Shown here piece by piece: positions 25,070-39,069 of a stretch of 64,000 nt of DNA. Each line of letters opens with the position of its first letter. Position 1 is the stretch's first letter. The notes beneath the pieces are model-generated. The model was not told the DNA's origin. It did not search any database and worked only from the letters and a program-made list of their open reading frames with translations. The position numbers were made by a program, and so were the translations under genes. Origin of the DNA: Antedon mediterranea (lineage: Eukaryota > Animalia > Echinodermata); the NCBI RefSeq assembly GCF_964355755.1, contig NC_092676.1, positions 22,276,871 to 22,340,870 of the forward strand. The letters are read 5' to 3'.

Positions 25070-25660
25070 CAAACACGTAAATAAAGTAAACCGAAACAGA
25101 GACAAATATTAACAGGTTCACTAATAATAACATTTTGTTTTTTTCTAGCCGAATCAGAATGATGTAGTTTCGGAATATTGTTGACAATGTATAAAACTCA
25201 TTTAAGCATGAAATTTGGTACTCATAAATTTCAGGGCATAAATCATCATATGGCAATACAATTACGTAGGCTACGTAGCGCATGTAACGCATGCGTACGC
25301 GCGCTTAAAATTTTCAAAATTTATTTTCGATGAAATAAGAGTACGTTTCAGGCAATTTTAAGCGTTTACAAAATTGCCATGAGTGCGCAGATTTTTGCGC
25401 GCGCACTGCGCGTTAAATGTTGTTGCGCGCTCTTTTTGCCCGATTTCTGTTTTCTTGACTTACTTTTCAACTCGAAATTAGGTTATACGAGCACGTCAAA
25501 AGTGACAGGCTACGCACGTGTAAATTAAAAAAATATAAATGTTTTGAAACATTTCAACATTTTTAAACATGTTCAGTAATTTCGGTCAGTTGGTAGGTTG
25601 GTCGGTCGGTCGGTAAACACTAATGAGCACGCGACTGCAGCCATCTATATGGCCTTGTTT
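25070..25660. mobile_element. Possible Helentron/DINE-1-like non-autonomous element (left boundary uncertain)
   Basis: GC-rich palindromic core, (GGTC)n microsatellite, terminal hairpin GCCATCTATATGGC and a CTTGTTT end. Confidence 0.35.
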
Positions 25661-26869
25661 TCTAACCCATACCTTTCTTCAATTGTCTGTAATGCTGATT
25701 TTCTTTGACTAGTGATATTCTACTACTTCTGATGTATTATGTCTATGACAGTTTTTTTCTAAAACCATATCTTCCTATTGTCTGTAACTAACATTGATTG
25801 TCTTTGCCTACTGATATCTAACACTACGAAAGGTATAACATTTCTTCCCATTAAAGTTTCTGTTACAGAGTGCAGTCACTGTGTCTGTGGATGTTGTGAA
25901 ATCTAGCAAACCAATCTAGCACTATATATTATAGCTGGCATAAATCTGAAAACCCAATTGCCATGCATATTTCCCTATATTCAGCACTTTTTCTAACTTT
26001 TGGTTGGAAAAGTCTAGAGAATATTGTGTATAGCTTCAGCTGGCATAATTTTTTTATTTCCTTTAGCCATCTTGTGTGTGGGCGAGTCAAAACTTGATTA
26101 AAGAAATAGTACGGCGCTCTAAGCTTATGATTTCCAAGAATGCTGTTACAGTTGAAAAGCAATTACATGTCCGAGAAGAATAAGGGTTTTGTTCAGCGTT
26201 CAAATTGTTGAGTTGAAAACAAATGTTTTATATACTATAGATTTCAAAATAGAACACTCCGATTTGGAAAAAGTCAAATTATCTTTTATATTATTGTCAT
26301 CTATAATATCATTCCTTACCTTCTAGCATTTTCATTCTCTCTTATTTGTCAAATTTGAATTATAATAAGTTTTTCAATATTTATTGATGTCATATCTTCA
26401 TTTAGTTGTCCTAATCTTATTTCAATGTATTAAAACACCAATTTATTTTGTAAGTTTTCTTTTTTTAACATATTAAACATAAAACTCCGTTAAGTAGGCA
26501 TATTATTAAAAGCCTTTTAATGGTTTTAATCGCCGATTTGACTGCCTAACCATAAGGTAATCTAATTTAAATGAAATTCAATTTAATTATTAGATTTACA
26601 ATTATCCCAAAAGTATAGTTTATTCCTTGATTCTCTTCAGTTTGAAGTAAATAAGTATCATGTTGAAGGAAATCAATGTAATTAAATATAAACATTATAA
26701 ACATATGCTATAATATAGAGGTAAAGTCAAAATACATGAGTAACATGTTTATTGGCCGATCACAATATATATAAAGCTATTCGACGATATTCTCAGTAGA
26801 GTGACAGACTTATAACGGTTTGGGCGCTAAACTCTGTTTAAAGAAAACGATTGCCATTTAATACACAGT

Positions 26870-29800
26870 ATGACGTTTTTAAAACGTGTTGAGTTATTGT
26901 TATTGGTAACAGTCTTGTTTTCATGCCAATATGTGGAATCCAGTGAAGGTAAGTTACCAGAGTATTATCATCAGATGGTTCATCTCGGCGTATTTATAAA
27001 GACCGGTAAGAGCGATAATAATATAGGCTGGAATTTATAAAGATCACGATAGTTACCAACTAAAGGTACAAAAAAAACAGTTTATGGCATGGACGTTTCT
27101 GTTAGGATAATTTAACACACCTAACTTGCGCCCATGAGCAAAATTAAATATTTATCATTACTAGACACAGAACCGTAAGCTGGATTGATTTTAGGTAGCA
27201 AACTTTAAGCTCAAGTCGTTATTATGACGTCTTACAGAATGTATGCTCCTTTGACCTCTACGTGATATACATAATTATAATAGAACATTTCCTGCCTCAT
27301 TAGCAATACAGAGTAACTGCATTTCATAATAATTATGTTGTTTATGTTTATTAATCCACTCAGATTTAATGTCAGAAATTACAATTGATTACATAAGTTG
27401 GTGTTACCCTTGCAATGAAAATAACACATTATTCAGCTTTTACGAGGTCAAATGTTACTGTGATGACAAATGCATCATCTATGGAGACTGTTGCAAGGAA
27501 AAGTACGACACATTTAACAAAACACAAATTAAGGAAACTATTATGTCCACCGCTACTTGCCAAAATATATCATACATTGACTACTATATTATTGGAAGTT
27601 GCGATTCATCTTGGAACAATGAGTACATACGGAACCTTTGCGAAACTGCAACTGGAGACATATTAAACATTCTTCCAGTTTTTGACTCGAACGGAGACCA
27701 CTATAGAAACATATACTGTGCTGTTTGTAATAGTGTTCCTAAGGAGGACATGACCATGTGGAGTGTAAGAGAACACGACATGAGACGATTTCAGTTCGTT
27801 GTACCTGACGATATATCAAGCGATTTACGTCCCAGACACTGTAGACCTCGGAAAATTGGTTTTTGTGGTCATACCTCAAACGAAAAATGTCCTGGATACT
27901 TTGCAACTGTAAGCCATAAAACTTATTCATCTACCTTTGTAAATGTTCAGTATTATAACAATCCAGAATGTGCTGCTTGTAATGGATTGAGATTTGATGT
28001 TAGAAAATGTACTTCCACCGATGTATACATGCCACCACACCGTGCTCCTCCTTTCGGTGGTTTACATAAACTATTTTCTTATGGAGTTCCAGTGTCCGCA
28101 TTGCCTAAGAAATGCAGAGGTGGTGAAATATTTGATAAGTATAGAGATATTTGTGTCCTCATATTCTGTCCTGAAGGATATAAACTATTCCAAAACCAAT
28201 GTGTGTCTGTCTTGTGTGAGATGTGGAAAGTACAATTGAAGGTAATTGCCAAAATCTCTCAGAATTACACATCCCATGATACATTTTCGTGCATTCTTTC
28301 GAATCTTCCAACCATTAGTGGATCAAGAGAATCATACTCAATGTCTTCTGAAGTATATAGCCGGCCTCTCAACAATCAACTACAACAACTCCTATTTGAA
28401 TTACTTAGTTATAGAGATTACTCATTGTTACGCAGTGACCTCTCAGAAATGTTTCCACCAAACAAATCTGGGATCTGCGATGTAGCATCAGTACAAGTTG
28501 ATCAATTCTGTGCAAACGTTGCTAAACCAGAAAACTGCAGTTCGGTTGGAATCAACATTGATACAAATGTGTTTCCAGTAAACGTTGAAAAACAGACAAT
28601 GTTATTTATAAACCAATCAGACTCCTACCATTCGATGGATGCTTCCTTATTTAGTCATCATTACACACAACACCAAAATGGATTTAATTCGACTACTTTA
28701 TTAATTCCATGTTTCCTCGGCCTACAATGTCCGTATATTATTGATAATTTAACAGATTACTTATCAGTAAATAATACATTACAACACAAACATACACACG
28801 TTGTGTATTCATTTGAAAGCTATAAAGTAGTAAATGACACTGTTAAAATTTGCTTGACATCTGTGGAAAATGAAATCTCGTATGATGTTCAAACAATTAT
28901 AAGCGTTGTAGGATGTATTCTCTCACTTTTTGCACTTGCTTTAACCTTTATTGTGTACTCTTTGCTACCTTCACTTAGAACTTTACCCGGAAAGTCTATC
29001 ATGAGTCTTACTGTTGCTTTGTTTGCTGCGCAATTTATCCTAACATTCGGAGCAGGCCAAACTAATAACTCAATTTTCTGCACACTTATCGCAGTCACGA
29101 TGCATTTCTTTTGGTTAGCTTCTTTCTTTTGGATGAGTGTGTTAGCGTATGACGTCAGTAAAACTTTTAATAACACTCACAACCGAAATGCAAGCGACGA
29201 CAGAAAGAGTTTTACCAAATACTCTGTTAAAGCTTGGGGAATACCTTTTGCAATAGTCGTAATATGTTTTATCTTGTCACTGAATGTGAAGAGTCTGGAC
29301 TTCGAGTACGGATCGACTTCTTCCTGCTGGATCAGCAATTATGTGGTTAGTCTTATTATCTTTGGAGGCCCTGTTTTATCAGCCGTGTGTCTGAATATGT
29401 TTTTCTTTGCACGGATGGTACATGGCGTCAGAGGCACAATGAAGACTTCTGCTACCCTACGAAAACGTGTGTCAACTGCCCAGTCGTATTCGGAACTGAA
29501 AATCTATCTGAAGGTAAGTTGTCAATCAATTTGTTTATGATATTTTACAAAAGCAAAGAATTACTGTACATTGTTACATTTTACAATATGTTTCTTAAAC
29601 ATAATTATTATTTCCCTACAGGACGATATCCTCAATATATTCGCATCCCAATTCTAAAATATCCCTATCTACCCATTCATCTATGATATTAATGCATGTG
29701 GCAGATCGAAAATTGAGATTTTTACCACGGGAGGTTGTTGAATGATCCGCGTTCGAAATCAACCTGTGATGTGCGCCGTCTGTTCTACTCTGGGTCCAAA

Positions 29801-30756
29801 GTTGGTCCAGATTTATGATGACTATAAATTTAATGAAAGTTTATTTTAGATGAGTAGGTGTCAACAAATAAAAATGCCAAATTTATATAGTGGTTTTAAA
29901 AATCAATATAGGCCCTATTGTCCCAAAGAGCTTAAAAAATAAAAATACAGATGACAGAAAAACAGTTTGAATTACAAATAACAAAAAAGATCGGTTTTTA
30001 AAATGGTTTTGAAAACTATAGGCCTATAGCAAGATTGTTCCAACGTTTCTATAAATAGCTGTTTCGTCGAATGAAATATTCTAATTATTCAACTCATTTA
30101 TTATTTGTATACCAACATTTTTATATAACAAATTATAGAAAACGGCAGAAAACATGGACTTTTTTGTCTCAAGACAAGATCCTCAATCAATTTTTTCTTT
30201 CTTTGTCGACTAATTATAATTGTATTTTACAGATAGCCGACGATGAGAGTTCTATTTTAGTATAAAACAAATACATAACGATCCATTCTAAAGATTCATT
30301 CTATTATATTCCATTCCTATCATCGTTGACTAAATTCTAAAATATCCTCCATAATTCAAACAATACAAATACATTTTCGCAGCACAGTTTAGAAAAAAAT
30401 ATTATGAAATATTGCATTGTATGATCTACAGAAATATTTTGCCCACGTCTGACCTTTATGTTTATGGCATAATTTCTGAGAATACATGATTGTTATACCA
30501 TGTGTTTTTATTACAGATAACTTCCTTGATGGGATTTTCGTGGATCTTTGGTTTCATCGCAACATTTACTGGAGCTGAGATTCTTTGGTACTTTTTCATT
30601 GTACTGTGCTCACTACAGGGTGTTTTCATTTTTATGTCGTTTGTTTGTAATGCTCGTGTTTACGGCCTACTGCGTGAAAAATACCAAATTCATCGTCAGC
30701 CTCCTACCAGTAGTGGCAGCCTAGCTATGAATCAGAGAGCAACAAATTCACCATAG
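26870..30756 (+). CDS. Class-B/adhesion-like (Methuselah-like) 7TM GPCR with N-terminal somatomedin-B-like domain, paralog 1. Exons 26870-26948, 27364-29513, 30517-30756
   Basis: Signal peptide exon MTFLKRVELLLLVTVLFSCQYVESSE. SMB-like CYCDDKCIIYGDCC. HYRNIYCAVCN. 7tm_2 motifs SLRTLPGK, HFFWLASFFWM, AWGIP, YGSTSSCWI, LMGFSWIFG, SLQGVFIF. Phases 1 and 0 are consistent. Confidence 0.9.
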
Positions 30757-32114
30757 CTTATATTATTTTGTAAATATACAGGTATTGCTTATATTGTTCA
30801 CAACAATGGTAAGTTAATATATAAACTTGCATATAAATACAACGAACACAAGTAGTTCAGTTATGTGGGGGAGAGTCAGATTTGTCAGAAAGACTTAAAA
30901 TTTGACACCCACCCCAAAATATAACATTAATATGGAAGGAAAAAAAACATTACATCAAATTTTTTTTAAATGAGAAAACAAATTTATATTTAATTACTTT
31001 ACGTGGTCTTATCCTCTTCTTAGATATAAATAGTCTTTGTATTCTTAAATTTTGAAGTTGTAGATGCAGTTTTAAAATCTGCATGAATTCCTTGATTTAG
31101 CTCCATGGTATTATAGCCTAGGCCTACTAGATATATAATAGTATAGGCCTAATAATATAATAGAGTTCTTGATCAATTTGGACATTTATGTAGAAGATAA
31201 TCATTTGTCAACATAGCTTAATATTGTTTGCCATCATAACTTATTGTGGCCAAGGATTACCAATTAGTCAAATAATCACTGTCCTACAGATATGTGGTTC
31301 TGACGTAGGCCTACACGTGTGCTATTTTGTGAACCAGTTCATCGGGGTAATCCCCAATTTATATATTCGTCTCGAATGATCAACGAACTGTGCACACATG
31401 ACCCACGATAGTCCTTATCCGAGTTCCATCACCAGAACTATACTAGGAGTCGACCTCTAACTACCGTTTCTTGGCTTTTTAGGCACAGAGTAAACGGCGC
31501 CTTTGGACTTGCTCGAATAGCGTATGTTACCATTTGTCGCCATAGATTACATTTGTCACAATAGCTATTTAGAATTAGTCTTGTAAACAGTGCCAATAAG
31601 AAGTTTAAGTTTACAAATGTGAATACTTATTAAAAAAATTATAGTAAGAACATTAATAATATGTTCATTTAGCTCCAAGATCTTCCGACACCTAAAGTAG
31701 ATATTAAAACACATAGCAGTTTAAACACAAAATAGTTTAAATTTAAGTTACAAGCTGAGTCGAAGTTATTTGCATAACAAAGAAACATAGCGTATAGGCA
31801 TGTGCAAAACTAATTTCGATGTAAATTGTTGTCTCAGTATTGATTGATGTAGGCCCTACTTGTAGACACGATCACACCCTGATCTCTTCATTTTTAGAAA
31901 TCGCACTGTTTTACTTTCTAGGTCTATAGTGTTTTTAAAATATCAATAAGGATGTCCAAATGTTAAAGGTCAACATTCTCAGATATACAATACAACCTGA
32001 TTTATAATACCAGCAGAAAAAATACATTATCATGGTTAGCAACGGAACTTGATGAAGCACTGTTTAGCACGGCGGAACACTCCTCAACCCCACAAACTCT
32101 TGTAATCGTTTAAA

Positions 32115-35100
32115 ATGACTGCACATGAGTTTATTTCTTCGAGAAACTATAGGCCAACTTGTAAACTGTTGTTGATAATATTTGTGTTTTCATCTCAGTA
32201 TGTAGAGTGCATTAAAGGTAAGCTAGTCTGTTATTGGTCGTGTTATTTTTATTGGCCTGGATCTTGTTTTCAGCCTCATTAAATTTAACTATCTTTCAAC
32301 CCTTATTCTCACTAATCAAGTATTATTTGTATACTAAGCCTACTAATGTGCACTGTAGGGTAAACATAAAATATGCGCTAATATTATAGATGTACAGTAT
32401 TGTCCCCCAAACATTGAAATTATTTAAATCAGACTTGTACTAATAGGTTATTTCGTTTTTTAATAAAGTTATTAAAAAAATTTTTTCACTTAAAAAATGA
32501 CAACAAAAATGGTTAACTGGTAGACTATTTTTTGCTTTAATTCCAGGTAAGTAAATTATTTCTCGATTCAATTTTTGGTCAAAGTAGATAACTATTATTT
32601 GATATTAAAATGGCATATTTAGCAAAAACATTTTTTAAGAATTAATTTTTCAGGGGGACAATACATATAAGCGTAAATTGTAGATCCTGTTTCCCACAAC
32701 ATTGAAGATTATAAAAAATGTTCATCAGTTAAATTTAAAAACTTCATGAATGTTTTGAAAATGATAAATAGGTCAAACACACAAACAAATATTTTTAAAA
32801 CATAAATCTACGCTATATTGCGTTATCATCAGCCTATACGTGATAATGTCCACATATTGACAATTAAGTTAATTCACGCATTATTTATGTATAAATTAAT
32901 TGATCGTATGATTTTAGAAAATCTCTGTACTAAGGTGTGGAAACCTTTTCAAAAAGAATGACAAATGAACCATTTTGTTCGTATTCTTTTTTTTTTCTTC
33001 TCTTTTGTGGCCTAAACAACACTTTTATTCACATATCCTCTTTCATGTCATCACCATAAAATCATCATACTATTTTAATTATTATCACATTTTTTATGAA
33101 CTTCATCAGTAACATTAGTTGATGATTACAGTGGCGCATTTTGAAACGTTTTTATTTTGAGAGTGATTTTTTGAGGATATATATAATATGAAATATTTGA
33201 AACAATACATTTCTGCAACTTATTAAACATTATTAATTATTATTAGTGCATGTCATCTTAGTGATACTTTGGTATACTCGTACAGGTATGTCGTCAGAAG
33301 GAGAAGTAGATTACACAATAATGTGTGCCTCTTGCGATAGTGGGGACGATATCGTAGACTGTCGTTGCGACGACAAATGCATATTGTACGGAGACTGTTG
33401 CAAGGAAAAGTACGACACGTTCAATCAAAAACAAATTAAGGAAACTGTTATGTCCACCGCTACTTGCCAATATATATCGGACATGGCATACTATATTATT
33501 GGAAGTTGCGATTCATCTTGGAACAATGAGTACATACGGGATCTTTGCGAAATTGAGGCTGATGACATATTAAACAATCTTCCAGTGTTTGACTCGAATG
33601 GCGACCACTACGGAAACATATACTGTGCTGTTTGTAATAGTATTCCTATGGAAGACATGACCACGTGGATTGTGTTTGAAGTTAATAGTTCTTTTCCAAT
33701 TTCCAGTGAAATAATTGACGCTATCACCTACGGTCTGCCTGCTGATTTAACAGAGCATTTACTACCAAGACCATGTCGAGATATGTTCATTGATAAATGT
33801 GATTATACACCAGATGGGTATGGAAAGAAATGTCCGGGATATTTCGCACCTTCATACAATCAGAAGTATAAAAACCCGGAATGCGCTGCTTGCAATGGGT
33901 TTCCACTTGCTGTTGAAAATTGTTCTTCTCTTCTGCCACCCGATTACGACAGCTATATTTATAGTGATGGTTCTGGGTGGTATGGCTCCTCTTACAAAGC
34001 ACCAAAAACAGGTTTAATTCCTTTAACAATACTATTTGGTACATCTGACAATGGAGTTAAAGTAACAGAATTAACAAAACTCTGTAAAAATGGAGAAGTG
34101 TTTGATAGTTTTCGAGAGATTTGCATCGTTATCTTCTGTTCAAATGGTTATGAACTCATCAATGGCCGGTGTCAGTCTGTCATTTGTAAACGTTGGGTTT
34201 TACAATTTATGGTAAACACTACAATCTATCAGAATCACGAAGCAAACGAGACGCTGTCATGCATTCTATCAAATCTTCAAAACGTTGGTGGTTCGAGTGC
34301 GTTGTACCAATTCAGTCAATTTTATTCTGAGTTGCATATCAACGATCAACTGCAATTCGAATTGATCAGTAACAGAGATTACTCAATGTTGCGTCATGAT
34401 CTTTTAACATTATTTCCATCTAATGAGATAAGAACGAAGAACCAATATGGAATATGCAACGTGTCGTCATTACAAGTTGATCAGTTCTGCGCGGACTTCG
34501 ATAAACCAGAAAACTGCAGTTCAATTGGAGTCAGCATTGAGGAAAATGTCTTTCCAATAATTATTCGAAATCAGACAATGCTACACATAAACCAATCAGA
34601 CTCATACCATTCGATGGATGCTTCCTTATTTAATCATCATTACAAACGTGATAGCAGTGGATTTGCTTCAACTACTTTGTTATTTCCATGTTCACATGAA
34701 AATAGTGACCTTACTTGTCCGTATATTATCGATAATTTAGTTAATTACTTTTCAATAAATAATACGTTACAACACAAAGAGACAGAAGATGTATATAACT
34801 ATGGAAGCTATACAGTTTTAGACAATGAAACTGTTAAAATTTGTTCGAAATTTAACCAGAGTGGAACAACCAGTATGGTTTATTATTTTGTTCCGTATAA
34901 TGACGCTCAAACAATTCTAAGCGTTGTAGGATGTATTCTCTCGCTTATTGCACTTGCTTTAACTTTTATTGTGTACTCTTTGCTACCTTCACTTAGAACT
35001 TTACCCGGAAAGTCTATCATGAGTCTTACTGTTGCTTTGTTTGCTGCGCAATTTATCCTAACATTCGGAGCAGGCCAAACTAATAATTCAATTATCTGCA

Positions 35101-35956
35101 CACTTATCGCAGTTGCAATGCATTTCTTTTGGTTGGCTTCTTTCTTTTGGATGAGTGTCTTAGCGTATGACATCAGTAAGACCTTTAATAACACTCATAA
35201 TCGAAGTAAAGAGATCAACAGAAAGAGTTTTACTAATTACTCTACAACAGCATGGGGAACACCTTTTGTAATAGTCACAATATGTTTTGTTTTTTCCTTG
35301 AATGTGAAGAGTCTGGACTTCGATTACGGGTCGCCTTTTGTCTGCTGGATCAGCAATAATGTAGCTAGTCTGATTATCTTTGGAGGCCCTGTTTTATCAT
35401 CCGTGTGTCTGAATATAATTCTCTTTGGATTGACTGTACATGGGGTCAGAGGCACAATGAAGACTTCTTCTACACTAAGAAGTAGTAGATCAACTTCACA
35501 TTCAACGTGTTCGGAGATAAAAATATATGTTAAGGTTGGCTTTCTATTATTTCTTACTATTATTTAAGCAAAGGCAAAATGACAACTATTACAGAATGGC
35601 AACACATGCTTTATGTATCCACATTGAGCACTTTTTTAGAGCAGTATAAATGAAAATATCTTGAAAATAATACATTTTTCAATATCAGACCTACAATATC
35701 TTTATTTTGACAGATAACTTCCTTGATGGGATTTTCGTGGTTCTTTGGGTTCGTCGCAACATTTACTGGAGCTGAGATTCTTTGGTACTTTTTCATTGTA
35801 CTGTGCTCACTACAAGGTGTTTTCATTTTTATGTCGTTTGTTTGTAATGCTCGTGTTTTCGGGCTACTGCGTGAAAAATACCAAATTCATCGTCAGCCTA
35901 CCAGTAGTGGTAGCCTAGCTATGACACACACATCATCTACAATAATGCCAATATAG
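32115..35956 (+). CDS. SMB-domain Methuselah-like 7TM GPCR, paralog 2. Exons 32115-32217, 33286-35534, 35714-35956
   Basis: Same architecture as paralog 1. Exon 1 MTAHEF...KLLLIIFVFSSQYVECIK is homologous to the paralog 1 signal exon. CRCDDKCILYGDCC. Same intron positions and phases. Confidence 0.9.
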
Positions 35957-36199
35957 ATATCTTTGCTTATTTATTGTATATAAAGGTTAGAAATGGGTAC
36001 AAAACAATAATAATCAGCTAAATTCATTCGTACTTGTTTTACCCATATCTAGTTTAATATGACAATAGCATGCAATCGTTCGCCAATAGTCCGTTCTTGT
36101 AATGAACGACTAGTACATGGTAATTTATCAATTACGTCATTAATTAATACTAGTCAAGCATAGCGGATTGTAACCAGTGCCACCCACAGTCATTATTTG

Positions 36200-37560
36200 A
36201 AAACATTTCGAAAGATGGCCAAATTTCAACCCTTTTATTTGTTGACATAAATGATTACTATGACCCTATAAGATGATGGTAACGCAATATATATGCATGT
36301 ATGGCAATATTATTGCATAATAATTGAATTTTTTTTTAAAACCTCTACACTATAGTAAAGGAAAATTTTCGAAAAATGAATCGCACCGACGGAATAGGAT
36401 CGGAGAAAGGTTTTCCTCGTCCAACCCTCCTGGTTGAAGCCACCACTGAACGTGAGAAGCTACGAATGTATTTAGCGGGACCTGGCCCAGAATGTTTCTG
36501 GAGGAAGGGGAAAATGATAAAGGAGGTGGAGTTGCATCGTACGCATGTGAAGTCGGCAGTCCGGAACTAAATCTACGAAACTCGCAAGGTACCCCAGAAC
36601 TTTCAGCCAGGGCTGGAGATGATGGTCGGGACAACAGGAGTTTTATCGCTGCCCGACAGGTCTCTATGCGAGCTTGTGATGGGAACGCCAGGGACCGAAT
36701 CAGATCTAGACGGGCCCCAAGAAACAGTGGGGACTGAGACGGGGTGAGAACTGATTTTTGATAATTGATAATGAAACCTGGGGCTTCTGTAATCTTCAAT
36801 ACAAGGCCGACGTGGTTTACGATAGCCTGTTTGGAATTTGCGAGAATTAGCCAATCGTCCAGGTACATGAAGACTCTTACCCCCATCGAGTGGAATACTT
36901 CCCCCAGTGCCTTGACTATCCGAGTGAAGACCCATGGGGCAGTGGACAGGCCAAACGGAAGGGCTCTGAACTGGTATAGTTCCTCGTCCAGGAGAAACCG
37001 TAGCCAATGACGGTCCTCTTGGGAAATGGGCATGTGGAAATAGGCGTCTTTTAAGTCTAGAGATGCTGCCCAGTCCCTGGGACACAGGCCACGTAGGACC
37101 ATGACCAGCGTGTCTGAACCTTATCGGGATGATAAACTGATTTAAACTTCGGAGGTTGAGAATAGAACGCCAACCTCCCGATGCCTTTTCTGTGAGAAAT
37201 AGTGTAGACATTTTCGAAAAATGACCAAATTTAGACCCTTTTATTTTTTGACATAACTGGTTACTATGACTCTCTAAAATGATGATAACGCAATATATGT
37301 GCATATATGGCAATATTATTGCATACTAATTGAATTTTAAAAAGTCGATATTTGGGAAAAAAAATCCCTGTACTATAGGCCTAGTACAGAAACATTTTCG
37401 AAAAATGACCAAATTTCAACCCTTTTATTAGTTGACATAACTGGTTACTATGACTTTCTAAGACGATGATAACGCAATATATGTGCATATGTGGCAATAT
37501 TATTGCATAATAATTGAATTTTAAAAAGTCGATATTTTTGCAATTTTTGAAAAAAAAAGG
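36200..37560. repeat. Three ~185-bp units of a palindromic satellite-like repeat related to the 44.1-47.2 kb array, interrupted by a DIRS fragment
   Basis: ACATTTTCGAAAAATGACCAAATTTCAACCCTTTTATT...GATAACGCAATATATGTGCATATATGGCAATATTATTGCAT recurs at ~36203, ~37208 and ~37392. Confidence 0.75.
36380..37209 (-). mobile_element. DIRS1-type (tyrosine-recombinase retrotransposon) reverse transcriptase fragment, frameshifted
   Basis: GGWRSILNLRSLNQFI...SLDLKDAYFHMPI...YQFRALPFGLSTAPWVFTR...YLDDWLI...GFIINYQKSVLTPSQ...FLG. The segment is GC-rich relative to its flanks. Confidence 0.85.
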
Positions 37561-39068
37561 GATAGACAGAAGATTAGTAGTAGATCAAGTAAAGAATATA
37601 AAGATCTAGATAGAGAAATTAAGCAAAACTGCAGGGAGGCAAAAGAAAAGTGGCTCAACACCCAGTGTGAGGAGATTGAGAGTGGACTAGAGAACAACAA
37701 CCACAAGATTTATCAGAGACTTAATGAGATCACTGGAAAGAAGTCTGGCTGCTCAAACTCTGGATGCATTAAGGCAAAGAATGGAACAATGCTTGTTGAA
37801 AAGACTGATATTTTGAAAAGATGGACAGAGTATAGAGGGGAGCTGTTTTTTTATGTTAGACAAGCAATGCCAAGCCTTCCTGACTCTCAGAAGAAGGACC
37901 AAAGATCTTGAAAGCAGAAGTACGAACATCAATCAAGATGTGGAGGAAGAATAAGGCGGCAGGACCGGATGGTGTAGTCATTGAGATGATTGGGGCATTA
38001 GAAGAATATGGAGTGGAAAAGTTAACTGAAGTGATCAATAAGATATATGAGGATGGAAGCTTCCCTGAGGACTTGAGTAAGTCCATTTTTATTGCCCATT
38101 CCGAAGAAACCAGGTGCTGTAGAGTGTGAAAACATCGTACAATCAGCCTCATGAGTCATGTCACCAAGGTTATTCTGAGGATACTACTTATGAGAGCAAG
38201 AAGTAGATTAAACCTAGAGATTGGGAGTGGGCAGTTTGGTTTTGTAAAGGATTCAGGCACCAGGAATGCCATCTTTGTGACAAGAATGATAACTGAAAGG
38301 GCAGTGGAGATGCAGAAAGATGTATACATGTGTTTCATAGACTACACCAATGCATTTGACAAAGTAAGGCATGAGCAGCTATTTCAAGAACTTAACAAGC
38401 TTGACCTACATGGGAAAGGATCTTCGATTGTTGTAAAATTTGTACTGGAAACAGACTGCATGCATGAGGGTAGATGGGGAGTGCAGTGACTACACAAGTA
38501 TTGGAAGAGGAGTGAGACAGGGCTGTGTAATGTCACCAGACTTGTTTAACTACTATAGCGAGTTGATCTTAAGGGAGCTAGAGAATGAGAAGGGTTTGAG
38601 AGTTTGTGGTAGAAATATTACAAACATCAGATATGCAGATGACACAGTTCTACCAGCAGAGTCAGCTGAAGATCTTCAAAGGTTGCTGGATGTGGTTGTA
38701 GTAGAGAGCGAAAATATGGGTCTGTCTATAAATTGTAGTAAGACAAGACAAGAGTGTTTAGTAGTGTCAAAAAAGGAGAGTCCAACGTGTAACCTTCGAG
38801 AAGGAGACCAGTTAATTCAGCAGGTGTCCTCTTTTAACTATCTTGGGAGCAAAATAACCGATGATGCCAGGTGTGTAACGGAGATAAAGAGAAGGATAGT
38901 CCTTGCGAAATCCGCATTTGGAGAAATGGAGAATATCTTGAAGAACTGTGCGATGACTATGGAAACCAGATTGCGTGTATTAAACTGCTACATCTATCCT
39001 GTGCTGATGTATGGAAGTGAAGCAACATGATCGCCAAAGTCTCAAGATATGGCACTTCAAGAGAGAGA
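37561..39068 (+). mobile_element. 5'-truncated, internally deleted RTE-clade LINE (copy 1)
   Basis: YKDLDREIKQNCREAKEKWL, KAAGPDG, QFGFVKDSGTRNAIF, CFIDYTNAFDKV, GVRQGCVMSPDLFN, IRYADD, LMYGSE. Jumps to a 3' end with a (GA)n tail. Several frameshifts. Confidence 0.9.
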
Positions 39069-39069
39069 A

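Noticed and set aside
32497-32546. Alternative signal-peptide exon for GPCR paralog 2
   Set aside because: No in-frame ATG without a frameshift. Exon 32115-32217 is homologous to paralog 1 exon 1 and fits the phase.
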